A stretch of DNA of 63,202 bases, filler included, from Octopus bimaculoides (lineage: Eukaryota), in the NCBI RefSeq assembly GCF_001194135.2. It is 10 parts of 8 records of this genome, joined end to end, with 100 filler letters (N's around TTAATTAATTAA, not from the genome) between each part and the next. Parts side by side here need not be neighbours in the genome. Positions count along the whole stretch, not along the records: positions 21,856 to 29,442 come from NC_068988.1; positions 29,543 to 34,537 come from NW_026421958.1; positions 34,638 to 42,088 come from NC_068988.1; 7 more parts are not named here. One strand, 5' to 3'. The position numbers and the translations under genes were made by a program. Positions 27,629 through 40,500 of this stretch are shown in pieces. Position 1 is the stretch's first letter; every line of letters starts with the position of its first letter. Under the pieces are notes generated by a model. The model had not been told where the DNA came from and ran no database searches. It worked only from the letters and a program-made list of their open reading frames with translations.

Positions 27629-28410
27629 CAAATCTCTCTCTCAGATCACACACGCCTTAACGTTGAAATATATCTTTGATAATGTTGTCCTGGGTACACA
27701 CTGACTGTGTAAAAAGGGATGAATACGATTTGACTGTCTTTGGTCTTAGGTCTTTACATTTGGACTGACCTGGACTGAAAAAAAAAAAGCTACTACTAAC
27801 ACCACCACTAATATATTCTTCCTAATGGAAGAATTATTAGTGGTGGGCCTGAAATTTAGTGGTGGGAGAGCAAGTTGATTACCAGTGCTCAACTGGTACT
27901 TAGTTTATCGACCCCCAAATAATGAAAAGCAAAGGATGAAATGGCTCGGTGGCATTTGAACCGAGAACGTAAAACTGGGCAAATGCTGCTAAGCATTTTG
28001 TCCGGTTTGTTAACGATTCTACCATCTCGTCGACTTTACCATCAATAGTAATACAAACACCAACAACAAGAGAGCTTCTACACGGCCACTCGACCTACAA
28101 AAAATAGCAGCCAAATCGCCTTCAAATCCTCAGAAAACAAAGGACACATTGGCCGATGTAGTCCTAGATACACAATCAGACGTTGTGGTCACGGTTGGAA
28201 CATTTTTGACCTTGACTTAACAGCTACAACAAAAACAATGTATTACGATCCAATGAAAGGGTTGCTTCATTGTCATGCGGTTTGTTATAAATAGCAGTCA
28301 AATCTCCCTCAAATCACATCCTACCGTCTAAATATTAAGAAAGAACACATTAAATGACGAAGTCTTAAATATTCCTTTGACCAGGTGGTCACGGTTGAAA
28401 CTTTAATGCT
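27629..28410 (+). repeat. Three diverged copies of a roughly 130-bp interspersed repeat
   Basis: CAAATC(T/G)CC(C/T)TCAAATC...ACACATT...GTCCT...GGTGGTCACGGTTG at about 28075-28215 and 28285-28410; a weaker copy at about 27629-27760. Confidence 0.5.
27815..28040 (-). mobile_element. SINE family B, diverged
   Basis: GGCCTGAAATTT...ACTGGTACTTAGTTTATCGACCCC...ATTTGAACCGAGAACG...TAACGATTCTACC. Confidence 0.7.
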
Positions 28411-28904
28411 GAAGTCAACTCTATGAGGTCTATTAGGTCGATGCATCAACATTCCCACCAGCAGCCGCCGCAGCCGCCGCAACCGCAGCACCCATCACCA
28501 TCATCATAACCATCAGCAGTCCCCCCCACCACCACTACATCTACCACCACCAACATCACCTCCACCACCAGCTCTACCGCCACCACAACTCTCCACTACC
28601 ACCACCACCATCTTCCACTTACCATCGATAAAACAAATATCAAGGTCCAGCACGTGTCAACCTTGTTGAACACCACAATATTATTTCTTCTCACCGAGTT
28701 TTTTCACGAGAGATAACGATGTAATCACAATTAAATCAATTACTGATCAAACTGTGTTGTTCTTGTTGTTGTTGTTGTTGTTGTGTAGCGCTGTAGAATC
28801 AATGAAAGCTGGTGATATATGTATGTTACGTACGTACATAAACACATACATACATACATACATACATACATACATACATACATACATACATACATACAAC
28901 CTCG

Positions 28905-29095
28905 TGGGCATCGGTGCCGATTTTCTCTTCCTCCGTTTTTCCATTTTTTGAACTTTCCATCTTTCCGACGAAGGGCTCCGCCCGAAACGTCATGCTCTCT
29001 CTCTTTCCTTTCCCGAGCGTCCAATAACACTATCCGTATCACGTCCTCACTTTGTTGTTTTTTTGTTATTGTTTTTTGTGTTTTTTTGAACTTAC
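28905..29095 (+). mobile_element. Penelope-like element terminal-repeat relic
   Basis: CCGACGAAGGG...CCCGAAACGTC signature followed by a T-rich tail, bounded by (ATAC)n on both sides. Confidence 0.5.
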
Positions 29096-29711
29096 ATACG
29101 TACATACATACATACATACATACATATATACGTACGTACGTACGCACATAAGTGCATGAACATGCATGCCTACATACATTCATGCACACACATCACTACC
29201 ACCCCAACCGACATTTCTACTTTCACCGCTTCCGTAACACTTACCACAACTACCACTGCAGCCGCCATATATATATATATATAAACATATATATATATAT
29301 ACATATATATACATATATATACATAGATATATACATATATATATATAATAATAATAATAATAATATTAGGGATAAAATCCAAAATTACAGGTAAAAACTC
29401 AATTAAAATCAATTCATTAAAAATTAAAATTAAATTAAGTTTNNNNNNNNNNNNNNNNNNNNNNNNNNNNNNNNNNNNNNNNNNNNTTAATTAATTAANN
29501 NNNNNNNNNNNNNNNNNNNNNNNNNNNNNNNNNNNNNNNNNNGAACTTGTGAAGCATCTTATGTCACCCGAGGAAGCTTTTTTGCACTGTGCGTTGCATT
29601 CGGTCTTATTACATCGTTCCACGCCTACCAGGCAGCAGTGCAGTATGAAGCCGAAACGATTGTACTAATAAATGCTTCTAGTTACACTCCGTCTTCTGTA
29701 TTAATAGACTT

Positions 29712-29773
<62 letters not shown>

Positions 29774-30518
29774 GCACATAAACATACACATATTCATGTA
29801 AGGATAGTCTATTCCACAGAAATTTCAACACATAAAGGTAAGAATTACATCTCTCTATCAAAGACATAAATTTCTCTGTTACACTCGTTATATAGCTAAC
29901 TTTCTTGACACCAACAATCTTCTATTTTCAAACCTCATAAAAAAGGTTGGGGTGAATGAAAAATTCCAATATACACATAGCCTCTTCAACCATCTGCAAA
30001 GCATCGTTATAAACATTATGAAGAGGACCTCACTGATACTTTCTTCTTCATCATATAATGAATTGACGTGCAGGGAATAACTTGTCTGTACAACAAAACA
30101 CCAGCGGTCTCAGAAAAAAGTTCCAATACATAAATATTAATATATCCATAATAAGCAAGAAGCATACAAACAAGAAAAGAAAATTTAACTGATTTTATAC
30201 CCACTTTACATGTTTGAAGCATGACAACTGTTTCAAAAATAAAAGCTAACCTGTTCTTCTAAATAAACATTGATACAGTAAGTAACCTCCCTACTATCAA
30301 CTAACATCTAGCTGTCCAGAGCCCTTTTGAGCCGCCTGAACTTTTGGTACCAGGACACTTTGCAGGATTATGAACTACCATTGGTCGGATTTCGTATTCA
30401 ACCAACGACTCTACTCAGACTATAATATCCACAATGAGAATATTTGACTCCATTTCACAAGAGTCACCTATATATAGTAATGAAGTTCCTTGTAAACATA
30501 CCCTGTTTCGGGTTTAGA

Positions 30519-30729
30519 TACGAGGGGTACCCCCCAAAAACCCAAGAATTTTGAAATATCTTATTCACTTAGTTTTAAATGCTTACACTTTTATCGCCTT
30601 TAAAGTATTCTCCATTTGAAGCAATGCATCGATCCAAACACGTTTTTCATTGTTAGAAGCAGTCCTCGAACTGGTGCAAAGTGATGCCTTTTAACGACTC
30701 TGTCGTTTTTTTCTTCACCTCTTCCACAT
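30519..30729 (-). mobile_element. Mariner/Tc1 3' end fragment
   Basis: One TIR TACGAGGGGTACCCCCAAAA; minus-strand translation DVEEVKKKTTESLKGITLHQFEDCF...DRCIASNGEYF. Confidence 0.75.
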
Positions 30730-31130
30730 CTACAAAATGAAGATGTTGATGCCAATTTGCTTCGCACGAGAAATGTTATTGAGGATGCAGTGAATCATAA
30801 AGAAAGCCAACTGAATGACGCGCAAAGAAAAATTTATGATGTTATTGTGACCGGTATTGAGAAACAATATAATCACTAGAACAACAACAAACCTTATCCG
30901 TGATATCATTTTGATGACTGTGCACAAATTTTGGAATTTGCTTCTGGTGTTGGTGGCATGGCAAAAGTTTTTTGATATATTCAGTACATGTACCCAAATG
31001 ATAATAGCCCGAGTGTAGTGATATCAGCACCAACAGGAATGGCCGCTTTCCAACTAAACGGAACGACTGTTCTTCGATTGCTAAAACTCAAAGTGCAGCA
31101 CGGCAAAACTCAAAAAGATTACTTCCATTG
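30730..31130 (+). pseudogene. PIF1-family helicase relic, probably Helitron/Helentron-derived
   Basis: Translation ...SQLNDAQRKIYDVI...FASGVGG-GKSFLI (frameshifted Walker A)...VVISAPTGMAAFQLNGTTVLRLLKL (PIF1 motif Ia), with stops. Confidence 0.7.
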
Positions 31131-33714
31131 AGGTTCTCTTTGATAGTTTAAACAAAGTCTTTTCCATCAAAACTGGTGATAACTTGCGACCGGGAAAATT
31201 ACAGTAAGGTTCATGTGATAAGATAAGTTCATATACGATATGGAGAAAAGCAATCTAGGGTTTAAGGATTTAGTCTTGATAAGAGAGTAAAAGAAGAGTT
31301 AGTCCAGACGACGATAGCCTAAGAACGATTCTTCATGAAGTAGAAGATTAGTTTAGTACTTTAAAGAGGAGTCTCAGGTGGTAAATTTTAGACATCTTCA
31401 ACAAATCCTTGACGGTACCGCTGTTAGTTGGGTATTTTCTAGGATTGTGCAGAGCTCCAAAACCACCCTAAAAGCATTCGTTAAGTTCTTGCGTATATTG
31501 CCGATTTCTGAGCTTGTATTAAACAGCTACAATTAAACCTTGGGAGAGGCATTATGCCGGTAATAAACACACGCTAGTTTCATGTGTAGTATGAATCAAT
31601 TGAACTTGTCATGAAAGTCGACTGACCGCCTTCATTTAGTAAGGAAGACTGGCTATTTTTTTTCTTTGTGTGTGTGTGTGTCTAATGTTTATGGAAAAGG
31701 AAAATACTTAATGCTGAAAGGCATGGGAACTGCATTTTGCCTCTCTTGACCATTTCTCAACTTCTTTAAATTGACAACGAGAGAAGGGTGAAGGTGAAGA
31801 TAAAGACGTTGTTGTCTAATTGTTTTGCAAATGCAGTGCAATTTACGATATTACTTTGGCCAGCCTGATTATCCATCTATAATCAAGCGGCAGTTATCTT
31901 TAGGTAGTCATTGATTTCGAAGGATTAAAGTCATCTGGGACTTCTACTGGGTACCCTGAATTACCCTAGATAGTTCTCACTACTTTTGGAGAAATTTTCT
32001 TACCAACATTTCATCTTTATCTACTGTTTTTATTGATTTCGTTTTCATTTTATTTTCGTGGTCGATAAAGTAAGTAGTAATCATGTCTGTGGTTGTCTTT
32101 GGTGATTTGTTTTAATAACCACCTGTTAGAGAAAAACTGGTGTTTAAAAAAATTAGTCACCACGCTGCTCACAGAGCGTGCTTAAGCATTAGGAGCCAGT
32201 ACTTATGGAGATTCTTTGACTATGACTGCTCCTCCATGAAAATATTCCTGTTAGAAACTATTATTGTTTCTATGATATTAGAATAGCAGAATTGGTTGAG
32301 TGTAGTATCACCTTTAAATTCGAGAGGTTTATTATTTTGCTTCTTTTCGCTTTACTGTCGATAAAACAAGTACCAGTCAGTTACTAATGTCATTTTCATT
32401 TACATTATCACAAGAGAATGTGAAATGTGCTCTTGTGACATTGTTAGATGTCGATATTCTTTTCAAACACGTGAAATACATTTAGTAGCCCTGTTTAATG
32501 ATCGAAGACCGAAATTTTATTCCAAGGGGACTGGTGATAACTTGCGACGGGGAAAATTACAGTAAGGTTCATGTGATAAGATAAGTTCATATACGATATG
32601 GAGAGAAGTAATCGAGGGTTTAAAGATTTAGTCTTTAAGAGAGTAAAAGAAGAGTCAGTCCTGACTTTTCTCACCGCAGCATACAACATTACTCACGACG
32701 ACTTCCAATACCGAATGGTAGAGGAGGAAGAGCTATCGTTAAATTTTCGATTGTAAGTTGATTTGCTCTTCTACTACTCCAATTCTAATGCTAGCTTGCT
32801 TGCCTGAGTTTCAGTAAAGTATACTCATAGCACACGCTTTTCCCTTTCCATATAATCTATTTTACATTTCATTATTTAAAACACACCTTGAGTTCTTTGC
32901 AAAACGGCACTAGTTCACTCACCTCAAGAACAATAATTACACAAGTTCATGAATCATACACAAGTTCGTGAGTCATGTAGAGTTATGACTTTGTTATGAC
33001 TCACAGAAGATTTTAATATTAGTTAAATAAATCAGAAAACCATACACACATTAACAGACGTAGATATATGCATGTATGTGTGTGTATATATTTCCTTTTC
33101 TTTTTGTCCCTCTATTGCTCTCTCCTCCTCTTCTCTCCTTCTCTCTTCTCTTTCCGTTTGGGTATGTATAACACCCCACACATGTATGTAAATATCAAAA
33201 TACAAACATAAGTACATATACGCAGACGTCCACACTCACAGATATGTGCGCGCAGAAACAGGGACGTGTGCTGACACGCATTATACAATACAAAGATACA
33301 CAGTCCTACGCAGGCTCGTAAATGTCATACTTTTTATCAGCAGTCTATGCAATTGTCTAGAAAGGAAGTGTCTTTGTTAGAAAACTGGAACAATCATACT
33401 ATTTGTTGTATTTCCAATACTGCCAGTAAATATTTATTTAAATAGACAACCAACTTACCATTCACCATCAGCGTAGCTCTCAACAATGAAATATGGTTCA
33501 TAGCAATATTACCTTTAAGAAACTTTTGTGGTACAACGAATAACAGCCACTTTTATAGTTGGCAGCTTATGTGATCAACATAAAGTACGCATATATACAC
33601 TTGCGCACACACATGCGTATATACATAATCTTGTATATTTTCTAGCACATTTACTAGTGCTAAAATATTATTACATACGCGTGTGCACACACATATATAT
33701 ATACATGTGTGTAT

Positions 33715-34010
33715 AGGCGCAGGAGTGGCTGTGTGGTAAGTAGCTTGCTTACGAACTACATGGTTCTTGGTTCAGTCCCACTGTGTGGCACCTTGGGCAA
33801 TTGTCTTCTACTATAGCCTCGGGCCGACCAAAGCCTTGTGAGTGGATTTGGTAGACGAAACTGAAAGAAGCCCATCGTATATATGTATATATATATGTAT
33901 GCGTGTGTATATATGTTTGTGTGTCTGTGTTTGTCCCCCCAGCATCGCTTGACAACCGATGGTGGTGTGTTTACGTTCCCGTAACTTAGCGGTTCGGCAA
34001 AAGAATAAGT
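33715..34010 (+). mobile_element. SINE family A, 3' part missing
   Basis: Near-identical head, B-box GGTTCAGTCCC and internal TA/TG tract compared with the 25196 copy. Confidence 0.9.
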
Positions 34011-37000
34011 ATTTTAGAATATGATACTACTAACCCTTTCTCTCTCTCCTTTTTTTCCTTTAATACTGTCCTTGGTTTGTCACCCATACCCCCACCACCT
34101 ATATACTACCTCTGCGCATTCCTTCTTCCTCACTAAACCATTTACCCTCATCCCCCCTTCCTCCTTCCCTCACAATACTCATCCTCTCTGTCCAGTCAGA
34201 TTAACTGACCACAAAAAATATACTACTACCACCCCCCACACCTGAATCATTCCTCTATCCCATTCCCCTTCTGTCTTTAAGACTTAACCTATTTACTCTA
34301 CACACATCTCTCAATTGATTTGGGACATCCTTCAAGTAAACACAAACAATATACCTCGGACACAATATGGCATATATCTACCTCTGCTATTTCAGCCTTT
34401 GCTGCAGCAACTATCTCCGGAAAATTCCCACAAGGATTATTTTACATGGATACTTACTACTGGAATGAAACTACACTCCTAGTACTGTTCTTTCTTTCTT
34501 TTTTCAGCGCATCACACTCACTCTAACTTCATACTATNNNNNNNNNNNNNNNNNNNNNNNNNNNNNNNNNNNNNNNNNNNNTTAATTAATTAANNNNNNN
34601 NNNNNNNNNNNNNNNNNNNNNNNNNNNNNNNNNNNNNTACTTATTATATAAAGATAGAAAAATTATTTAAAAAATATCATAATATCAAAATAATAACCAT
34701 TCAATAATCATATATATATATATATATGATTTGACAATATCAAAAATAAGGTATTAGTCCGAAGTAGCAATAGCATTACCTTTAGCTCTATAATTATATA
34801 CTATATTTGAAGACGAACACATGTTTCAATTGCACCGATTAGTAATCGTTACAATTGCAACCCTACTATAAAACGGGGTAGTCTCTTCAGGGACTTAATT
34901 TGATATCCCTCAGTATGACCGTTTAATGATTTTCTTCTATAAACTCTGCGTTGTATAATATAGAGTTATCCGTTAAATAAATATATATGTGTGTCTTTGT
35001 GGGTGTGCATGTGCATGTGTGTTTGTGCGTATGTGTGCATGTGTGTATAAGGGAGTGTTTGTGCTCGAATTCCTCTGTCTGACTGTCTGTATGTATATGC
35101 CTATGATAAAATAGGTACGTTGGTTTCAGCCAGAGGCTGTGGTAGTTCTGGAGAACAAAATTAAATGGCTCACAGGAAAGAACGCACCCGGCTAATGACA
35201 TGAATTTAGATAAGACCTAAGGTCTAATTTTGACGGCCCTCCCTACTCAGATTCTCATATAACTGCCCCTGAGTGTTTACGGTTTTCTATTCGTAGAAAA
35301 AAAATTAGCAAGTCAAGTTTTTACTTATTCTCCCCAAGCGAACAGCACACTAAGTCAATATGCTAAATCTGCAATCGAGAAATCTCCTCAAATTTACATC
35401 TGAGTCTAATATCCTTAATGTCTTTCAAAAATGTCATGTCCTTTTCAGTCACTTGTTTCAAAAGTTTCCGCTTTGTGAAGAGTGTGAATGTTTGTGGAAA
35501 TGATGGAAAGCTCGAGTACATGTCTCTGTGTCTGTAGGTGCTTGTTTGTGTGTGGGCGTATCTAAACTATACATTTGTGTAAATAATGATAGCAGTAGCG
35601 TATAATGGTGATGTGGTAACTCAGTGTACCCACTTGTCCTCAAAGTCCCACGTTTAGGCAGAGTTAGCAAGTTAGCACCTTGCGGGTTGGCAAATATCGG
35701 CAGTTGGTTGAATCGATTCCAGTACTTCACTAGATCTGTATTATCTTGTTGATATGTGAACTACAAAATAAATTATTGTCCTTACTGGGATTTATAATCA
35801 TGAAGTAATTTATATATAGAGCATTGGAATATCCAACGAGCCAAGGATCCTCTCAACCAGCCGCTATTATAAAAGAACAGAATGCATTGAATAATGGCTT
35901 GTAAGTTAGGGACAAGGCCAGCAATTTTGAGGGTAGGGTATTACTCCATACGATCAGATCTAGATCTAGCTCTTGCTCAATATTAACAGCCATCGAAGAA
36001 TGGAAGATCCAGCTGACCGCAGCAGAATTTGAACCCACAACATAAAAAAAAACAGTAAAAAATTCTGTAAAACTGTTTTTTCTCAGACTTTCTGAAGATC
36101 GTTTTGATAATGCACATTAGAAATGCCATAACAACAACAAAAGGTCTTAGATGTAGGGAAAGCGAGGTGGCATTACCTTAACCAAAACAAATTACAAAAA
36201 TGGCTCACACAGAGAAAAGTAAAATAGGTATTTCAATTCAAAAAACAATTGCATAAATTTAATGAGTATACTTACGTAAACATAGCTTACTATGAGCCCA
36301 ATACTTACATTAACCTTGTCTATCATTCGCAATCTATTTACCATAATTACTGCTGTGATGTATAAAAGTGAATTTCTTGACTAAATCCATTTCGTTTTTT
36401 ACCTTTTTATATATTTTAAAATTATCATCATTCTGAGGATAAATTCATATCGATGCATAATAGTCTTCTTTCGAGAAATTGTACTGCGTTATCAGGTAAC
36501 TGCAGTAATATTTCTAATCCAACAGATATTAAGAAACCTATACAATGATTCTGAACTCTCAAGATAGTGACACATTCGGTAATAAAATGTACACGAAAGT
36601 AATTAACGTATGCATACATACGTACACATACACACATCCACATATATATAGGCATATGTATANNNNNNNNNNNNNNNNNNNNNNNNNNNNNNNNNNNNNN
36701 NNNNNNNNNNNNNNNNNNNNNNNNNNNNNNNNNNNNNNNNNNNNNNNNNNNNNNNNNNNNNNNNNNNNNNNNNNNNNNNNNNNNNNNNNNNNNNNNNNNN
36801 NNNNNNNNNNNNNNNNNNNNNNNNNNNNNNNNNNNNNNNNNNNNNNNNNNNNNNNNNNNNNNNNNNNNNNNNNNNNNNNNNNNNNNNNNNNNNNNNNNNN
36901 NNNNNNNNNNNNNNNNNNNNNNNNNNNNNNNNNNNNNNNNNNNNNNNNNNNNNNNNNNNNNNNNNNNNNNNNNNNNNNNNNNNNNNNNNNNNNNNNNNNN

Positions 37001-38965
37001 NNNNNNNNNNNNNNNNNNNNNNNNNNNNNNNNNNNNNNNNNNNNNNNNNNNNNNNNNNNNNNNNNNNNNNNNNNNNNNNNNNNNNNNNNNNNNNNNNNNN
37101 NNNNNNNNNNNNNNNNNNNNNNNNNNNNNNNNNNNNNNNNNNNNNNNNNNNNNNNNNNNNNNNNNNNNNNNNNNNNNNNNNNNNNNNNNNNNNNNNNNNN
37201 NNNNNNNNNNNNNNNNNNNNNNNNNNNNNNNNNNNNNNNNNNNNNNNNNNNNNNNTATATATATATATATATATATATTCAGAGGGGGAGAGATGGATAA
37301 AAACGTATGTTTATATACATACATATGTGTGTATGTGTGTGTATGTGTATGTGTGTGCATGTGTGTACGGGCATGTGTGTATTTGTGTGTGTGTAGAGGT
37401 TTCTATATCTATTTACCTCTCTAATCATATGATTATGGAGGCATCGGCATTAATATTTTAACATCATGCCCTAACCAGTCGTATTGGCTGATCTGTGTGC
37501 ATACATATCTATGTAATTATACATATAAAACTACACCACATAATGAATCCTCTCGTGGTGGATATTAGGTGTAGTTGGTTGGCAAACTACATAAATGCTT
37601 TCTTGCTACCTAGTACAATCGACGTAATCTTTTAGCTACCGATAACTATATACATTAGGATTTTGAGAGTCTGTTGTATTTTCTGAGGACCCATCACAGT
37701 ATTGACGAAATGATGCAACCTGCCAAAACCGTAGCTTCAAGTTCGCCACTTTAATGAACTAAACATTATATAAAATATATGATTTACGATAAGTCTATAG
37801 TTTATGGGTATTCTCTATAACAGTCTGCCTATTCAATATTTCTTCAATAACAGTTTGATATCGCTTCGAATATATTCTCTCGTGTATTCAGAAGTGCAAT
37901 TTTACTTAATTCATTAAAAGTTGATTCAATGACTAATTCAGCCCATTTTAGAGCCACACCTAAGCCAATGTTATTAAAGAAACGTAATAGCCTATTTCAT
38001 GATTAGCACTCCGTTTAAAAGAATTCTCAGCGAAGCCAATTTATCTACTTATTAATGGTTCCAGAGTTCACTTACGAAACTTTAAAATTGATTTTCTGTT
38101 TTCTTACCGTGAAATTAACGGATACATGTTGCTAAAGGCTACCTAGAATAAATACGTAATATTTACACAGAAACCTATCCATAGATATATCACGCAAATG
38201 TATATGCATACATATAGACAGAAATAAATACATACGCACACATACGCACACACATATATATGCATGTATATATATATATGCATATATATATATATATATA
38301 TATATATANNNNNNNNNNNNNNNNNNNNNNNNNNNNNNNNNNNNNNNNNNNNNNNNNNNNNNNNNNNNNNNNNNNNNNNNNNNNNNNNNNNNNNNNNNNN
38401 NNNNNNNNNNNNNNNNNNNNNNNNNNNNNNNNNNNNNNNNNNNNNNNNNNNNNNNNNNNNNNNNNNNNNNNNNNNNNNNNNNNNNNNNNNNNNNNNNNNN
38501 NNNNNNNNNNNNNNNNNNNNNNNNNNNNNNNNNNNNNNNNNNNNNNNNNNNNNNNNNNNNNNNNNNNNNNNNNNNNNNNNNNNNNNNNNNNNNNNNNNNN
38601 NNNNNNNNNNNNNNNNNNNNNNNNNNNNNNNNNNNNNNNNNNNNNNNNNNNNNNNNNNNNNNNNNNNNNNNNNNNNNNNNNNNNNNNNNNNNNNNNNNNN
38701 NNNNNNNNNNNNNNNNNNNNNNNNNNNNNNNNNNNNNNNNNNNNNNNNNNNNNNNNNNNNNNNNNNNNNNNNNNNNNNNNNNNNNNNNNNNNNNNNNNNN
38801 NNNNNNNNNNNNNNNNNNNNNNNNNNNNNNNNNNNNNNNNNNNNNNNNNNNNNNNNNNNNNNNNNNNNNNNNNNNNNNNNNNNNNNNNNNNNNNNNNNNN
38901 NNNNNNNNNNNNNNNNNNNNNNNNNNNNNNNNNNNNNNNNNNNNNNNNNNNNNNNNNNNNNNNNN

Positions 38966-39000
<35 letters not shown>

Positions 39001-40349
39001 AACAGAGACACACACGCGCACACACATATATTTATATATCTTTGCGTGTGTATGCATACATCCACATACATATGCATGTATATATGTATGTATGCTCAGT
39101 AATTATATGTCCATCGTTATCTAGTAATTCATCTCCTCTCCTTGTTTCTGTGTATATGTGTATATTTATGACTTTGTATTAGTGTATATGTATGCATAAA
39201 TATGTACACGCAACATATGTTTGCGCGCATATATAGCTACGTGTCTTTATGTGTGTCATGTATGTTTATATCCACTAATAAATATTGGTAATACAATATA
39301 ATGTGTAAAATTGGGATGATTAAATACATTTCATATGAAAGGGAAATGAATTGCAAATACCTCCTAAATAATCAGTGAAGCAATATGAACATAGAACTAT
39401 TAGATTACGAGTATAGCTTGGTCTTTTTGCTGCAGAATTCCTCTCTGAAATTTCCTTGCATATTGACAATTAATGTTACTTCCATAAATCTTTGCCGTTG
39501 CTGTAGCGTTTCTTCATTAAGTTATAGAAACACGCGCGTACACAGAAATAACATTTTTACTCATATAAAATGCATCTGCATGTACATACTTACATGTGTG
39601 TATATACATACACATTATATATGTGTACATGCTCACTCCCAGAACACATGCACAAGGATATATACATATCAGTAAATAACTATTTGACTGAGATCCATGC
39701 AACTTAATTTTCCGTAGGCACGTAGAACGAACCTGTCTCGTCAGGTATCTAGAGATGACTTACATACATATTGATATGTCTACGCATATAACCCACCAAT
39801 ATATGCACTCTCTATTTCTGTCATGTATGCACACACATGCAAGTTCACAAACAAACATGTAAACAACTAGAAACATACTTTTCTTATTTGTCGAAGACAA
39901 AACGATGTACGATGAAAATATGATGAAAATGTATATTCAATTACACAGTTAAAAATGTCCCCTTTATATCAGTACATTGTTTAAAATGATGGTATTACGT
40001 GTGTTTATATGTACTAACGACATATATTGGTACATATGTATTTTCGTTCGTTTGCCTAACATCCAGAAATCATGCAACCAAAAACTAAATGTACGATAGG
40101 GATAAAATAAAAATTAGTGTGTTTCTTGATGAAATAGATTAGCGTTTTGAGAAATAGATAATAATGATTTCAAATTTTCTCTCCACACCAGATAATAAGA
40201 GATTGAAGTGCTAGTCAATTACATCGACTCCAGTATTCAACTGGTTTTATTTTGTTGACTCCGAAAGGATGAAGTGCAAAGTCTGTGTGCTGATGACTCT
40301 ACCAGCTCGTCGCCTTAGAAAATAGATAATAAAATATAGTGAACGCGTG

Positions 40350-40500
40350 AGTATGGCTTCCCAATCACATGGTCTCGTGTTCAGTCTCACTACGTAAGTC
40401 TTTGAGCAAGAGTTTTTTATTAAGGTCCAGGGGTGACCAAAGAATTGTGAGTGAAGTTTCCTGAAGACCGAAAGAAGCGTATCCTATGTGTGTGTATACA
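40350..40500 (+). mobile_element. SINE family A, degenerate 5' part
   Basis: GCTTCCCAATCACATGGTCTCGTGTTCAGTCTCACT...GACCAAAGAATTGTGAGTG. Confidence 0.55.

Noticed and set aside
28440-28630. Pro/His/Ala-rich stretch resembling a transcription-factor exon
   Set aside because: Degenerate (CCA/CAG)n low complexity; no splice sites or domain.
34040-34537. Strand-biased unique segment as a second ORF1-like relic
   Set aside because: No frame gave recognisable similarity to the 44993 ORF or to any domain.
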